64,000 nucleotides of DNA from assembly GCA_964632155.1 (NCBI GenBank), contig CAZWBH010000006.1:7558-71557 (forward strand). Direction: 5' to 3'. Made by a program: the position numbers and the translations under genes. The stretch's first letter is position 1; each line of letters opens with the position of its first letter. The stretch is from an uncultured Mailhella sp. (GTDB lineage: Bacteria; Desulfobacterota; Desulfovibrionia; Desulfovibrionales; Desulfovibrionaceae). The notes under the pieces are model-generated. The model was not told where the DNA came from. It worked only from the letters and a program-made list of their open reading frames with translations, and searched no databases. Below, piece after piece: positions 40,034-48,915 of the stretch.

Positions 40034-40396
40034 ATGGTGGATATCGATGCGCTCCTGGAGAGGCTCCAGACGTCAGGATTCCGTTCGCGCTTTCACTTAA
40101 CGGAAAAAGATCGGGCATATATTCGGGAAAAGGGACTGGAGACCATAGCTGAACACGCCGCTGTTTTTATCCGCAAAAGACTCGCTCCGGCGTTTATCCC
40201 CAACGATGGCAGGCAGACGCCCATGCGCGGACATCCGGTTTTTCTTGCTCAGCACGCCTGTGCTTGCTGTTGCCGGGAATGCCTCTTTAAGTGGTACAAG
40301 GCACCCAAGGGTGTGGCGCTCACACCCTATCAGCAAGAATGTATTGTGGCGCTGCTCATGCGCTGGATTATCAGAGAGCTGGAAAGGGAAATCTAG
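40034..40396 (+). CDS. DUF4186 domain protein
   Basis: 120 aa. GHPVFLAQHACACCCRECLFKWY matches the DUF4186 signature as I recall it. Confidence 0.65.
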   Translation: MVDIDALLERLQTSGFRSRFHLTEKDRAYIREKGLETIAEHAAVFIRKRLAPAFIPNDGRQTPMRGHPVFLAQHACACCCRECLFKWYKAPKGVALTPYQQECIVALLMRWIIRELEREI

Positions 40397-40420
40397 GCAA
40401 TGGCGCGTGTGGGCAAGAAT

Positions 40421-41482
40421 TCATCCGCCAATAGCGGACATGTATTTTTTCGCCATCGTCCCCTGGCTTCTGGTCAATATTTTTGCACCCAGGGGTTTGC
40501 GTTTTACGGCGGCGACCATGATGCGGGCCGCAGCTTCCGGACCAAGGCGGCGAAGCGCCTCGCGAAGGGCGTATTCTCTGTCGTCAAAAAGGCAGGTGCG
40601 GAGGCGACCGTCCGCTGTGAGACGCAGACGGTTGCAGGATTGGCAGAAGCTCTCTGTCACAGGGGAGATAAGGCCGAAGTTTCCGGAGGAGCGACGCCCC
40701 AGGCGATCCTTCAGCTTCCAGATCCTGGCGGGGCCGAGTTCTTCGGCATAGTTCTCACGTTCTTTGTGGGGTGGGCGTATGCCACCAGGCTCCAGTTCGA
40801 AATATTGTCGCACGGCGGCAAGAATGTCCGCGGCCGACCAGAATAAATCACGCGACCAGATACTTTCTTCTCCTATGGGCATGAATTCAATGAAGCGTAC
40901 GTCCACAGGATGATCCATGGTAAGATTCGCAAGCCTGAAGACTTCGCCGTCATTGACTCCCTTCATGGCCACGGCATTGATTTTCAGGGGTATGCCCATC
41001 TCCAGCATTCGATGTATGTTTTCGAGAACAATGGGCAGAAGATCGCGCCCTGTGATGGCGGCATAACGCCTGCGATCCAAGGTGTCCAAAGAAAGATTTA
41101 CTGCTACGCCTAGGCTTTTGAGTTCTTTGAGCGCATTTCCAAGCAGGGTGCCGTTGCTGGTGACTTTCAGTCCCAATTGCGGGAAGCGCTGGCGTACTCG
41201 CCGCAGAAAATCCAGAAAATTCTTGCGCGCAAAAGGTTCCCCGCCGGTAAAGCGAACCTTATGGACACCAAAGCCCACAACAAGCGCAAGGAGTTTTTCT
41301 ATCTCTTCAAAGCGAAGTATCCGTTCATGCGGGATGAAGGGCGTTTTTTCGTTTCGGCAGTAGCGGCAGCACAGGTTGCAACGATCCGTCACCGATACGC
41401 GTACATAGCGGATGATTCGTCCGTGGGAATCTTCCAGAAACGCGGAGCGAAAAGGGACAGTGAGGGAGGCTTCGTCAACCAT
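40421..41482 (-). CDS. moaA: GTP 3',8-cyclase MoaA (radical SAM)
   Basis: VSVTDRCNLCCRYC (CxxxCxxC) and a C-terminal CxxC..C cluster (SFCQSCNRLRLTADG). Confidence 0.9.
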   Translation of the reverse strand: MVDEASLTVPFRSAFLEDSHGRIIRYVRVSVTDRCNLCCRYCRNEKTPFIPHERILRFEEIEKLLALVVGFGVHKVRFTGGEPFARKNFLDFLRRVRQRFPQLGLKVTSNGTLLGNALKELKSLGVAVNLSLDTLDRRRYAAITGRDLLPIVLENIHRMLEMGIPLKINAVAMKGVNDGEVFRLANLTMDHPVDVRFIEFMPIGEESIWSRDLFWSAADILAAVRQYFELEPGGIRPPHKERENYAEELGPARIWKLKDRLGRRSSGNFGLISPVTESFCQSCNRLRLTADGRLRTCLFDDREYALREALRRLGPEAAARIMVAAVKRKPLGAKILTRSQGTMAKKYMSAIGG

Positions 41483-41497
41483 GGGCAGCCATTCCTT

Positions 41498-42526
41498 TCA
41501 GGCGCGACCGCAGTCGCTCATTTCGCCTTTAAGTTTTTCCAGCGCGTGAGGCAGAACAGGAAGAAGTGCGGAAAGGTTTTCCACGGCGCCACGGAGACTG
41601 CCGGGCAGAGCAAGGAGAAGAGCCGTACCTACAGTCCCCGCCAGACAACGTGAAAGAACGGCACGTGGGGTATAGGCAAGTCCTTTGGAAAACATTAACT
41701 GTTCAAAACCGGGCAAACGGCGATCCAGCAGAGGGAGAAGCGCCTCCGGCGTGAGATCTCGCGGAGAAATGCCAGTTCCGCCCGTGGTGAGAATAAGATT
41801 CCACCTCATGGCGGCCAGTTCCTTTACGAGTTTGGCAAGGGCGCGGGGATCATCGGGGAGGAGGAAGCCTTGAGTCTTCGCTGGGTTCAGCGCCTTGAGC
41901 ATGGCGAGCAGTCCCGGACCGCTTTCGTCCTGGCGAAGCCCGGCGTAGGCTTTATCGGAAAGTGTGATGCAGGCCACGGCCAGGCCCTCCTCCGTCCAGG
42001 CTTCCGGAGCGGGGCGAGGGCAGGGCAGGGGAGCTTCCTCCACATTAAAGAGCAGTGGAGAGTCAGACTGAAAAAGTCCGCTCTTTCCACCAGTTTTCAA
42101 GATGATGCGCACATCGCGGATGACCGCGTCCTTCTGCATGGCCTTGGTCATGTCGTAGATCGTTGCCGCAGCCGTCTGAACCGCGAAAAGGGCCTCCATT
42201 TCCACGCCTGTGCGTTCTGTTGTACTGGCCAGAGCCTCAATAATGACGCGGTTATCCTGTATGCTGAAGCGTACATCCACATGGGAGAGCGTCAGAGGGT
42301 GGCAGAGGGGAATAAGTTCCCATGTGCGCTTTGCGGCCATGATACCGGCCAGCTGGGCCACGGTAAAGACGTCTCCCTTCGGCAACGCCCTGGATTTGAG
42401 CGCATTCATGGTGTTCTTGTTGAGTTCCACAACAGCTCTGGCGATGGCCGTACGTTTTGTTGCCGTCTTGGCGCTTATGTCCACCATACGCGCCTGGCCT
42501 TTTGCGTCAATATGTGAAAATTCCAT
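41498..42526 (-). CDS. moaC: Fused cyclic pyranopterin monophosphate synthase MoaC and MogA/MoaB-like domain
   Basis: The N-terminal half MVDISAK..T.R.A.A...LIPLCHPL is MoaC. The C-terminal half ITLSDKAYAG...ILTTGGTGISPRD is a MoCF-biosynthesis (MogA/MoaB) domain. Confidence 0.85.
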   Translation of the reverse strand: MEFSHIDAKGQARMVDISAKTATKRTAIARAVVELNKNTMNALKSRALPKGDVFTVAQLAGIMAAKRTWELIPLCHPLTLSHVDVRFSIQDNRVIIEALASTTERTGVEMEALFAVQTAAATIYDMTKAMQKDAVIRDVRIILKTGGKSGLFQSDSPLLFNVEEAPLPCPRPAPEAWTEEGLAVACITLSDKAYAGLRQDESGPGLLAMLKALNPAKTQGFLLPDDPRALAKLVKELAAMRWNLILTTGGTGISPRDLTPEALLPLLDRRLPGFEQLMFSKGLAYTPRAVLSRCLAGTVGTALLLALPGSLRGAVENLSALLPVLPHALEKLKGEMSDCGRA

Positions 42527-42528
42527 GG

Positions 42529-42987
42529 CTAATCCTTCATCGCGAGATCTATCTGACGGGAGAGGATGCGGAAGCTATCCCCCGGGCTGACCACGCCGCC
42601 TTTGAGGATACAGCAGAACACACCGTGGCGGGGCATGATGCAATCGCCCGTCTGCTGGCGAATGGCACAGCCCGCGTGGCATTTCTTGCCAATCTGCGTG
42701 AGAACAAGTTCCACTTCTTCTCCAATGGCGAAGTGTGTTCCCACAGGGTAGGTATGAAGTTCTATGCCTTCTGTGGTGATATTTTCGGCAAAATCTCCGG
42801 GGTGTACATCGGCGCCGTGTCGGCGCATTTCTTCAATATCCTCAAGCGCCAGCAGGCTTAGTTGACGGTGCGATCCATCGGCATGGGCATCGCCCTTTGC
42901 ACCCACGTTTTCAACGAGTGTGATCCGTGGCTGATTGATCTTCCTTTCTCCCTTTCGGGCACTGATGGAAACGGCTACTACACGCAT
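42529..42987 (-). CDS. MOSC domain-containing protein
   Basis: 152 aa. GDAHA...RQLSLL...PGDFAENITTEG...C is MOSC-like. It is the first gene of the moa operon. Confidence 0.75.
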   Translation of the reverse strand: MRVVAVSISARKGERKINQPRITLVENVGAKGDAHADGSHRQLSLLALEDIEEMRRHGADVHPGDFAENITTEGIELHTYPVGTHFAIGEEVELVLTQIGKKCHAGCAIRQQTGDCIMPRHGVFCCILKGGVVSPGDSFRILSRQIDLAMKD

Positions 42988-43395
42988 AACTTTCTCCCGT
43001 GATTCCTATGGAAAATCCCTGACAAGGAAAGGAACAAAAAAACGTTGACGTGTCTAGTTAATATTTGAAAAGGAAAGATAACTTCATGGCAAGGTTTAAG
43101 GCGTCCAAGGGTTGCCCCGCTGAAATTCCTCTATTTCTGCGCTTGCTCTGTGAAGGAATGCGCTATACACTAAATAAAAGTTCATCAAACGTTCCTTCAT
43201 GGTTTGAAATCTTTTCCTTCAGGGAAAAGAACTGCTGACAAAACGGCGAAGCCGAAGAAATCCTTTTTGCGTAAACGCTTCTTTCCTGAACGCCGGAGCA
43301 AGATCAGTTGAGGCAATCCGTTCGAACCCTGTCCGGCACTTGCGGAATTAGTCGGCTTAAGGGAGACTGGAGATTGAAAACACGGAGAGATTGTC

Positions 43396-44457
43396 ATGCA
43401 CATCCAATGTCCGTCCTGCGGTTTTGAACGCGACGTTCCCGAAGAAAACCTGCAACCAGGCAAAAAATATAAGGTAACCTGCCCCAAATGCACCGCCATT
43501 TTTCACTTTGTCATGCCCGAAAAGATGCGGGGAGACCTGCCGGAAGATGTGCCAGGAGAAGAGAGGAAGGGGGAAGCGCCTTCTCCTGAAACGGTGGCGC
43601 CTGTCCACACCGCAACCCATACGCCAACGGAACAGGATGCGGACGATCCTCTTCCGCCCGGAGCTTCCATCCCCACCTTTCACCACGAGGGCAACGAGTC
43701 CGCCCCCCAAACAGAGCCGAAAGACGAGGTGAACAACGAAGAACAGCCTCGTAACATCTGGGAACGCTGGAGGGTTAATCGCGAACATGTGCGCGCCTAC
43801 GATGAAGGCCAGGATGAAGAAAAAAATGTGGAAGGGCGCCCACAAGGGGCGCCGTGGGAAAGCCCTGAATACTACGGCTTTTGGGGGAGCTTCTCGCGTA
43901 CGTTGCTGGGTGTGCTTTTCCACGCGCCGGATTTTTTCCGCAATCTACGTTGTGCCTTCTCGCCCGTCCGGCCCCTTCTTTTTTATGTGCTTCTCAGCCT
44001 GTATCAGATGCTGGCCGCAAGGCTCTGGAATCTTAGAGCGTTGCGTGAACTTTCCCAAACCGCAGCGGATCCACAAATGCTGGCCATGGCCGAAAATCTC
44101 ATGCGAGCCATGAATTTGCCGCTTATGCTTCTGGTTACGCCATTTTTTTCCATCTTTCAGGCGGTGATTCTCGCCGGACTGTACCATTTGATGTTTCGTA
44201 TGGTTCAACCGGATAGGGCTGATTTTTCCACAACCTTGCGCGTGGTTTGTTACAGCTCCGCTCCTCTTGTACTGTGCATTGTGCCCATGATTGGCAGTCT
44301 CATTGCCGTTCTTTGGTTTGTGGCGGCTACCGTCATCGGTTGTAAGTACGCTCTGCGGCTCTCGTGGTCGCGCACGCTACTGGCACTCCTGCCATTGTAT
44401 ATTCTGGAACTGGCCTTCGTGTCTCAGATTCCGGCGTTCATGAATACGGGGACATAG
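43396..44457 (+). CDS. MJ0042-type zinc-ribbon fused to a Yip1-family membrane domain
   Basis: MHIQCPSCGFERDVPEE...KVTCPKCTAIFHF, then an acidic/Pro-rich linker, then about five hydrophobic segments typical of the Yip1 domain. Confidence 0.7.
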   Translation: MHIQCPSCGFERDVPEENLQPGKKYKVTCPKCTAIFHFVMPEKMRGDLPEDVPGEERKGEAPSPETVAPVHTATHTPTEQDADDPLPPGASIPTFHHEGNESAPQTEPKDEVNNEEQPRNIWERWRVNREHVRAYDEGQDEEKNVEGRPQGAPWESPEYYGFWGSFSRTLLGVLFHAPDFFRNLRCAFSPVRPLLFYVLLSLYQMLAARLWNLRALRELSQTAADPQMLAMAENLMRAMNLPLMLLVTPFFSIFQAVILAGLYHLMFRMVQPDRADFSTTLRVVCYSSAPLVLCIVPMIGSLIAVLWFVAATVIGCKYALRLSWSRTLLALLPLYILELAFVSQIPAFMNTGT

Positions 44458-44548
44458 TATTCTTTTTCCAGTCGGTCAGAACTTTTTTGTTGTTCGTTGC
44501 GGCAAAGGCATCGCCCCGGAAAAGAGATGCGAAAGTCCTGCCCTTGTG

Positions 44549-45688
44549 TCAGGGGATTCTGCGTTTCTGCCCCCCGCTGACTTTTTGCGTGGCACGGTAT
44601 TGCTGAACCGCCTTGTTATGCTCCTCAAGAGTTTTTGAGAAAATATGTCCTTTGTCGCGTCCTGTGGCCACAAAATAGAGAAATTCGTGTTCCTCCGGGT
44701 GGAAGGCGGCCTGGAGCGCGGAGACACCAAAGGAGCAGATCGGACCAGGCGGAAGGTTGGCGTTCTGGTAGGTATTGTAACGGTTTTCCTTATCATCCAG
44801 ATGCTTGCGAAGAAGAGGGCCGGAAAACGAACGACCAAGGCCATACATCACCGTTGGGTCGGCCTGGAGCAACATATTGTTCTGGAGGCGATTTTCATAG
44901 ACTCCGGCAACTCGTGCCCGTTCTTCTGGCAGTCCTGTCTCTTTTTCCACAATGGAGGCCAGAATCACGGTTTTTTTCAATTCTTCCTTTGAAGGTCGTT
45001 TTTCCGGCCAGACGGAAGCCGCCTGCTTCCAGAAATTTTCCACCATACGATTTGCCACAGTTTGGGCGCATTCGCGGTTTTGTTCCTCAGGGTAAGGTAT
45101 GAGATAGGTATCAGGGAAGAGAAAACCTTCCGCGGACGAGAAGGGAATGCCCCAGTGCCGGAGAAATTCAGGGTCATGGATAACGGAGGTAAAATCCGCA
45201 GCGCGGCACAAACCTTGTTTTTCCAAAGTTTCCGCAACAGTCCACCATGGCAGGCCTTCGCGTATGGTCACCTTTTGTAGCATACCCGTGCCCGAGACAA
45301 GCGTGTCCAGGACTTTTTCCGGGAGCCAGCCCGTGCTCACGAGAAAGCGCCCGGCCTGGATATTGTTCTCCTTTTTCTGCAGGCGCGCGAGGATTTGGAA
45401 GCGAAAGGCATCGGTGATGATGCTCTCTTTTTCAAGTAATCTTGCGATCTGATTCAGCGTGGCTCCAGGTTTGATGTCAATTATGAGGCTGTTGCCCGGG
45501 CTGGAAGGCGGGGTGTGCAGGAAGATGTCCGCCTCGCGCCAGATCCAGCCGCCGACACTCAGCACGCACAGAACCAGCAATGAGAGCAGACAAAGCACAG
45601 GATGCCGCAGGGGGGAGGCGCGCTTTTGCGGATCCATTTTTTCTGGAGAGGTATTTTGCGAGGCAGGTGTGTCGGTATCTTGACTCAT
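44549..45688 (-). CDS. mltG: Endolytic murein transglycosylase MltG (YceG-like)
   Basis: N-terminal TM segment, ILASIVEKE, and YNTYQNANLPPGPICSFG. Confidence 0.88.
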   Translation of the reverse strand: MSQDTDTPASQNTSPEKMDPQKRASPLRHPVLCLLSLLVLCVLSVGGWIWREADIFLHTPPSSPGNSLIIDIKPGATLNQIARLLEKESIITDAFRFQILARLQKKENNIQAGRFLVSTGWLPEKVLDTLVSGTGMLQKVTIREGLPWWTVAETLEKQGLCRAADFTSVIHDPEFLRHWGIPFSSAEGFLFPDTYLIPYPEEQNRECAQTVANRMVENFWKQAASVWPEKRPSKEELKKTVILASIVEKETGLPEERARVAGVYENRLQNNMLLQADPTVMYGLGRSFSGPLLRKHLDDKENRYNTYQNANLPPGPICSFGVSALQAAFHPEEHEFLYFVATGRDKGHIFSKTLEEHNKAVQQYRATQKVSGGQKRRIP

Positions 45689-46113
45689 GCGCGTTGCCTC
45701 TTCTCTTCGGGCAGGTTGAGAAAACTTTCAAGGATGAGAACGGCGGCCTGCTGATCCACCACCTTGTGGACTTCGTGATACTTCAGACCGAAGCCGAAGA
45801 GTTCTTCTTCCGCCGCAGCGCTACTGAAAACTTCGTTCACCTCGTAGACGGGGAGAGGTGTACGGTGTTTCAAGGATTCCATAAAATGACGAACCTGCTT
45901 TGTGGCAAGGCATTCTTTTCCGTCCGCTAACAAGGGCAGGCCCACAACAATGGCCTCAGCGTGCTCTTCCTCCAGCAATGCAAGAAGTTCGGCAAAAAAG
46001 GCGGCCTTTGTTTTCCGTTTGAGGGTGCGGCGAGGGAAGGCAAAGGAGCCGTCTTCGTCGGAGGCTGCTATGCCCACGCGCTTCAACCCATAATCGATGG
46101 CAAGGTATTTCAT
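45685..46113 (-). CDS. ruvX: Holliday junction resolvase-like RuvX (YqgF)
   Basis: MKYLAIDYGLKRVGIAASD. I chose the internal ATG at 46113; the upstream extension overlaps pgpA. Confidence 0.85.
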   Translation of the reverse strand: MKYLAIDYGLKRVGIAASDEDGSFAFPRRTLKRKTKAAFFAELLALLEEEHAEAIVVGLPLLADGKECLATKQVRHFMESLKHRTPLPVYEVNEVFSSAAAEEELFGFGLKYHEVHKVVDQQAAVLILESFLNLPEEKRQRA

Positions 46114-46117
46114 GGAA

Positions 46118-46633
46118 TTACAGGGTGATAAGGCCGGGGGAAAACCAGAAGAGCAGGGTGCTGATGAGGCAGACAAAGAAAAGCGCCCACAGCCCTGCAA
46201 AAACATCGTCGATCATGATGCCCCACCCTCCGGGGAGCCAATGTTCGGAGGCATGGACAGGCCAAGGCTTCCAGATGTCAAAAAGGCGGAAGAGCAGAAA
46301 GGGAACCAGCAGAAAAAGCGCATCACGCCAGCCTGACGCCGAGGAAAACTTATGCAGACAGAGCATGGTAAGCCATTGTCCCACAAGTTCATCAATAATA
46401 ACGCAACCAGGGTCTTCACGGTCAAGGAGTTTTTCCGTTCGTCCGGCGGCAAGAGCTCCCAGAACAAAGAGAGCCGCAAGGAGTGTAAGTCTTCCGCTCA
46501 GGGAAAGCGGCAGGAAGAGGAAAGGAGACAAGAGTATGGCAACAAAGGATCCCGCTGTGCCTGGAGCTTTGTGAACGCGTCCTACAGGGCCAAGGCGGGC
46601 GATTTGCAACGCCAGTGTTTCCAGAAAAGACAT
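46118..46633 (-). CDS. pgpA: Phosphatidylglycerophosphatase A
   Basis: PGTAGSFVA, IIDELVGQW and FRLFDIWKPWP. Confidence 0.85.
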   Translation of the reverse strand: MSFLETLALQIARLGPVGRVHKAPGTAGSFVAILLSPFLFLPLSLSGRLTLLAALFVLGALAAGRTEKLLDREDPGCVIIDELVGQWLTMLCLHKFSSASGWRDALFLLVPFLLFRLFDIWKPWPVHASEHWLPGGWGIMIDDVFAGLWALFFVCLISTLLFWFSPGLITL

Positions 46634-46776
46634 GATACCTCACGAATCTTGCCCTTAGCATAAGGGATTTCAGCCCCACTTGGCAAGGGGCGGGTTCCTT
46701 TTGCAACGGGGGACTGTTTCCGCATAGAAGGTTTTTCTTGTCAACGCCTGTATCTGCTGATATGGAAAAAGAATGT

Positions 46777-46863
46777 GCCCGGGTGGCGAAAATGGTATAC
46801 GCAAGGGACTTAAAATCCCTCGCCCGCGAGGGCTTGCGGGTTCGACACCCGCCCCGGGTACCA
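46777..46863 (+). tRNA. tRNA-Leu (anticodon TAA), CCA encoded
   Basis: GCCCGGGTGGCGAAAATGGTATACGCAAGGGACTTAAAATCCCT...GCGGGTTCGACACCCGCCCCGGGTACCA folds manually into a cloverleaf with a long variable arm. It closely parallels E. coli tRNA-Leu(UAA). Confidence 0.92.
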
Positions 46864-46932
46864 TTTTTTGGAGTTTCGCGCCTTTTTGTAAAAGTTTCCA
46901 GCTAAATATTTTCTAAACACAAAGGAATATCC

Positions 46933-47856
46933 ATGAACACGTTGAAAACGTTTGCTCTTTGTGTAGCCTGCCTTGCGGCTCTTGCCCTCACTGTGCCAGA
47001 CATAGTCGATGCCGCCCGTTTGGGAGGGGGACGTAGCTTTGGCAGCTCATCGGCCATGCGCCGCCCTGCGGCTCCACCTTCCGGTAGCTTTGGCGGTTCT
47101 TCCATAAACCGTCAGACTGTGCCCATGCAGAGCAACCGCATGGACGGCGGCGTCACTTCCATACCTCGCGCGAACACTGGAATGTTCGGTGGGCTTTTTG
47201 GCGGTCTTTTGGCCGGAACCATGCTTGGATCCCTCCTTGGCGGGCACTCAACCGCTACAGGGGGAACAGTTGGCGGTTTCGGCTTTATGGATCTCTTGCT
47301 TCTTGGCCTTCTCGTATATTTTGGAGTGCGCTTTTTCCGCCGCGTTACAGGTGGAAATTCTGCGCGCCGCGAGGACTATCGAACCTTGCAGAACTATGGC
47401 TCTCAGTCTTCCGCCTCCAGCGGGTGGGATAATTTACGCTCGAAACAGGCTGCGGCTCCGGTTTCCGCTTCTCTTCCCGCGGGCCTTGATCAGGAAGAGT
47501 TCCTGCGCGGGGCCAAGATCGCCTATATCCGTTTGCAAGGTTCGTGGGATCGGCGCGATCTCAACGACATTGCCCAGTTTGCCACAGAAAGCGTCATGGA
47601 AGAGTTACGTCGTCAGGCCGCGGAAGATCCACACCCCGGAAAGACGGAACTTTTGCTTGTTACGGCTTCCATTCTTGACGTGTGGGATGAAGGCGATGAA
47701 CGTCGCGTGGCCGTGAATTTTGATGTACTAATGCGCGAAGATCAGAGCGTTCGCCAGCCCGAGCAAGTGCGCGAGGTTTGGTACTTTGTTTGTTCAAACA
47801 GAGAAGGCGACAGCTGGAAGCTGGACGGCATTCAGCAGTTTTCCCCGGTAAGATAG
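46933..47856 (+). CDS. Tim44-like domain protein (secreted or membrane-associated)
   Basis: Signal peptide, a Gly-rich segment, a TM segment (DLLLLGLLVYFGV), and a C-terminal Tim44-like EEFLRGAKIAYIRLQGSWD.... Confidence 0.7.
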   Translation: MNTLKTFALCVACLAALALTVPDIVDAARLGGGRSFGSSSAMRRPAAPPSGSFGGSSINRQTVPMQSNRMDGGVTSIPRANTGMFGGLFGGLLAGTMLGSLLGGHSTATGGTVGGFGFMDLLLLGLLVYFGVRFFRRVTGGNSARREDYRTLQNYGSQSSASSGWDNLRSKQAAAPVSASLPAGLDQEEFLRGAKIAYIRLQGSWDRRDLNDIAQFATESVMEELRRQAAEDPHPGKTELLLVTASILDVWDEGDERRVAVNFDVLMREDQSVRQPEQVREVWYFVCSNREGDSWKLDGIQQFSPVR

Positions 47857-47924
47857 GCAGCTGTAAACAGGCGTTTGCTCTCTGCCCCTCTGTGCGCTTC
47901 AGAGGAAACCCTGAGAGAAAAATC

Positions 47925-48671
47925 ATGAAACGAACCCTTTCTCTGCTTGGCCTGCTGGCCATCCTCTTTCCTGCGTTGCACTATTTGCATGTTCCGCTTG
48001 TGCGCGGTTCCGGAGAGGGAGCCGTGTTCCTCTCCACGGCACGTCCGGCGCTGGAAGTCACTGCTTCCCCCGATCTTATGCCGGTTTCTCACGGAAAGAT
48101 GACAGCTTCTGTTTCCAGGCAAAGAGATATTGCCAAGGATAACTCCGTCACCGTGTGGTACGCGCTACTGGCTAGGGAGAATGCGCAACTTGCGGTATGT
48201 CTCGCGGAAGGGGACGGGCAGATCGACTGGTACCCGGGTACGGTGGGCATGAACCTGGAATCCTTCCCCATGCTTTACAGTTATAGCGGCGATGAACCTT
48301 CTTCCGTGACGCAACGCGTCTTTATTCGCCCTCAGAAGTTCGACCCCTGGATAGAAGCCTTTGCCGTTGGAGGCCATGCGTGGGCGGTCGATATGCTGGT
48401 GAGCCAGTATGAATGGATAGTTGATAACCGCAAGGTCAAGGTGCAGATAGAGTACCGCGAACCCTGGGCCTTGGGCGCTGGCGCTCTTGTCCTTCCCGAA
48501 ACGCTCCAGACCTTTATGGAAAGAGCGAAGGCTTCCTTTTCGGCAAATTTTGCCGGGCGCGGAAAAATTTCCGCATCCTCAGTCACACCTTGGAGCTGGA
48601 ACCATGAGGGCGTTTCTTCCCGTCTGCTTGGTGCGGTTCTTGGGAGTATGGAACGGCGCATGGGCGACTGA
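47925..48671 (+). CDS. Hypothetical exported protein
   Basis: MKRTLSLLGLLAILFPAL is a signal-like N-terminus. 248 aa with no motif I recognise. Confidence 0.5.
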   Translation: MKRTLSLLGLLAILFPALHYLHVPLVRGSGEGAVFLSTARPALEVTASPDLMPVSHGKMTASVSRQRDIAKDNSVTVWYALLARENAQLAVCLAEGDGQIDWYPGTVGMNLESFPMLYSYSGDEPSSVTQRVFIRPQKFDPWIEAFAVGGHAWAVDMLVSQYEWIVDNRKVKVQIEYREPWALGAGALVLPETLQTFMERAKASFSANFAGRGKISASSVTPWSWNHEGVSSRLLGAVLGSMERRMGD

Positions 48672-48758
48672 CACGACAGGAGCGACAGCGAAAGGGGCGA
48701 AGCCGTTTCCGTCTTCGGGCGGAAAAAGTTTTCTCTAACTCTCTTTGTACGCTTTCTC

Positions 48759-48786
48759 TTGACACGAACGATTTCGGGCTTATGTG
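48759..48786 (+). promoter_or_regulatory. Candidate promoter upstream of htpG (possibly heat-shock type)
   Basis: CTTGACA (48758-48764) followed by GGGCTTATGT. It loosely resembles both sigma70 and sigma32 (CTTGAAA...CCCCATNT) patterns. Confidence 0.25.
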
Positions 48787-48915
48787 AAAAAAGCGTCCTT
48801 TCCGTGCTGGGAGCGGGCAAAATTTGTGATGCACCCTTCCGGGCGAGAGAGAGCTGTGTTTTTTCAAGGACAGCCTCAGTGAGATCGCGCTGAATGTTTT
48901 TAAAGGAGTTTGATT

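Noticed and set aside
42988-43395. Possible Moco riboswitch upstream of the moa operon
   Set aside because: I read the minus-strand leader and did not find the conserved Moco-motif core as I remember it. This needs an Infernal run to be definitive.
46670-46864. 64-aa minus-strand ORF (MVPGAGVEPASPRG...)
   Set aside because: It is the antisense translation of the tRNA-Leu gene at 46777-46863.
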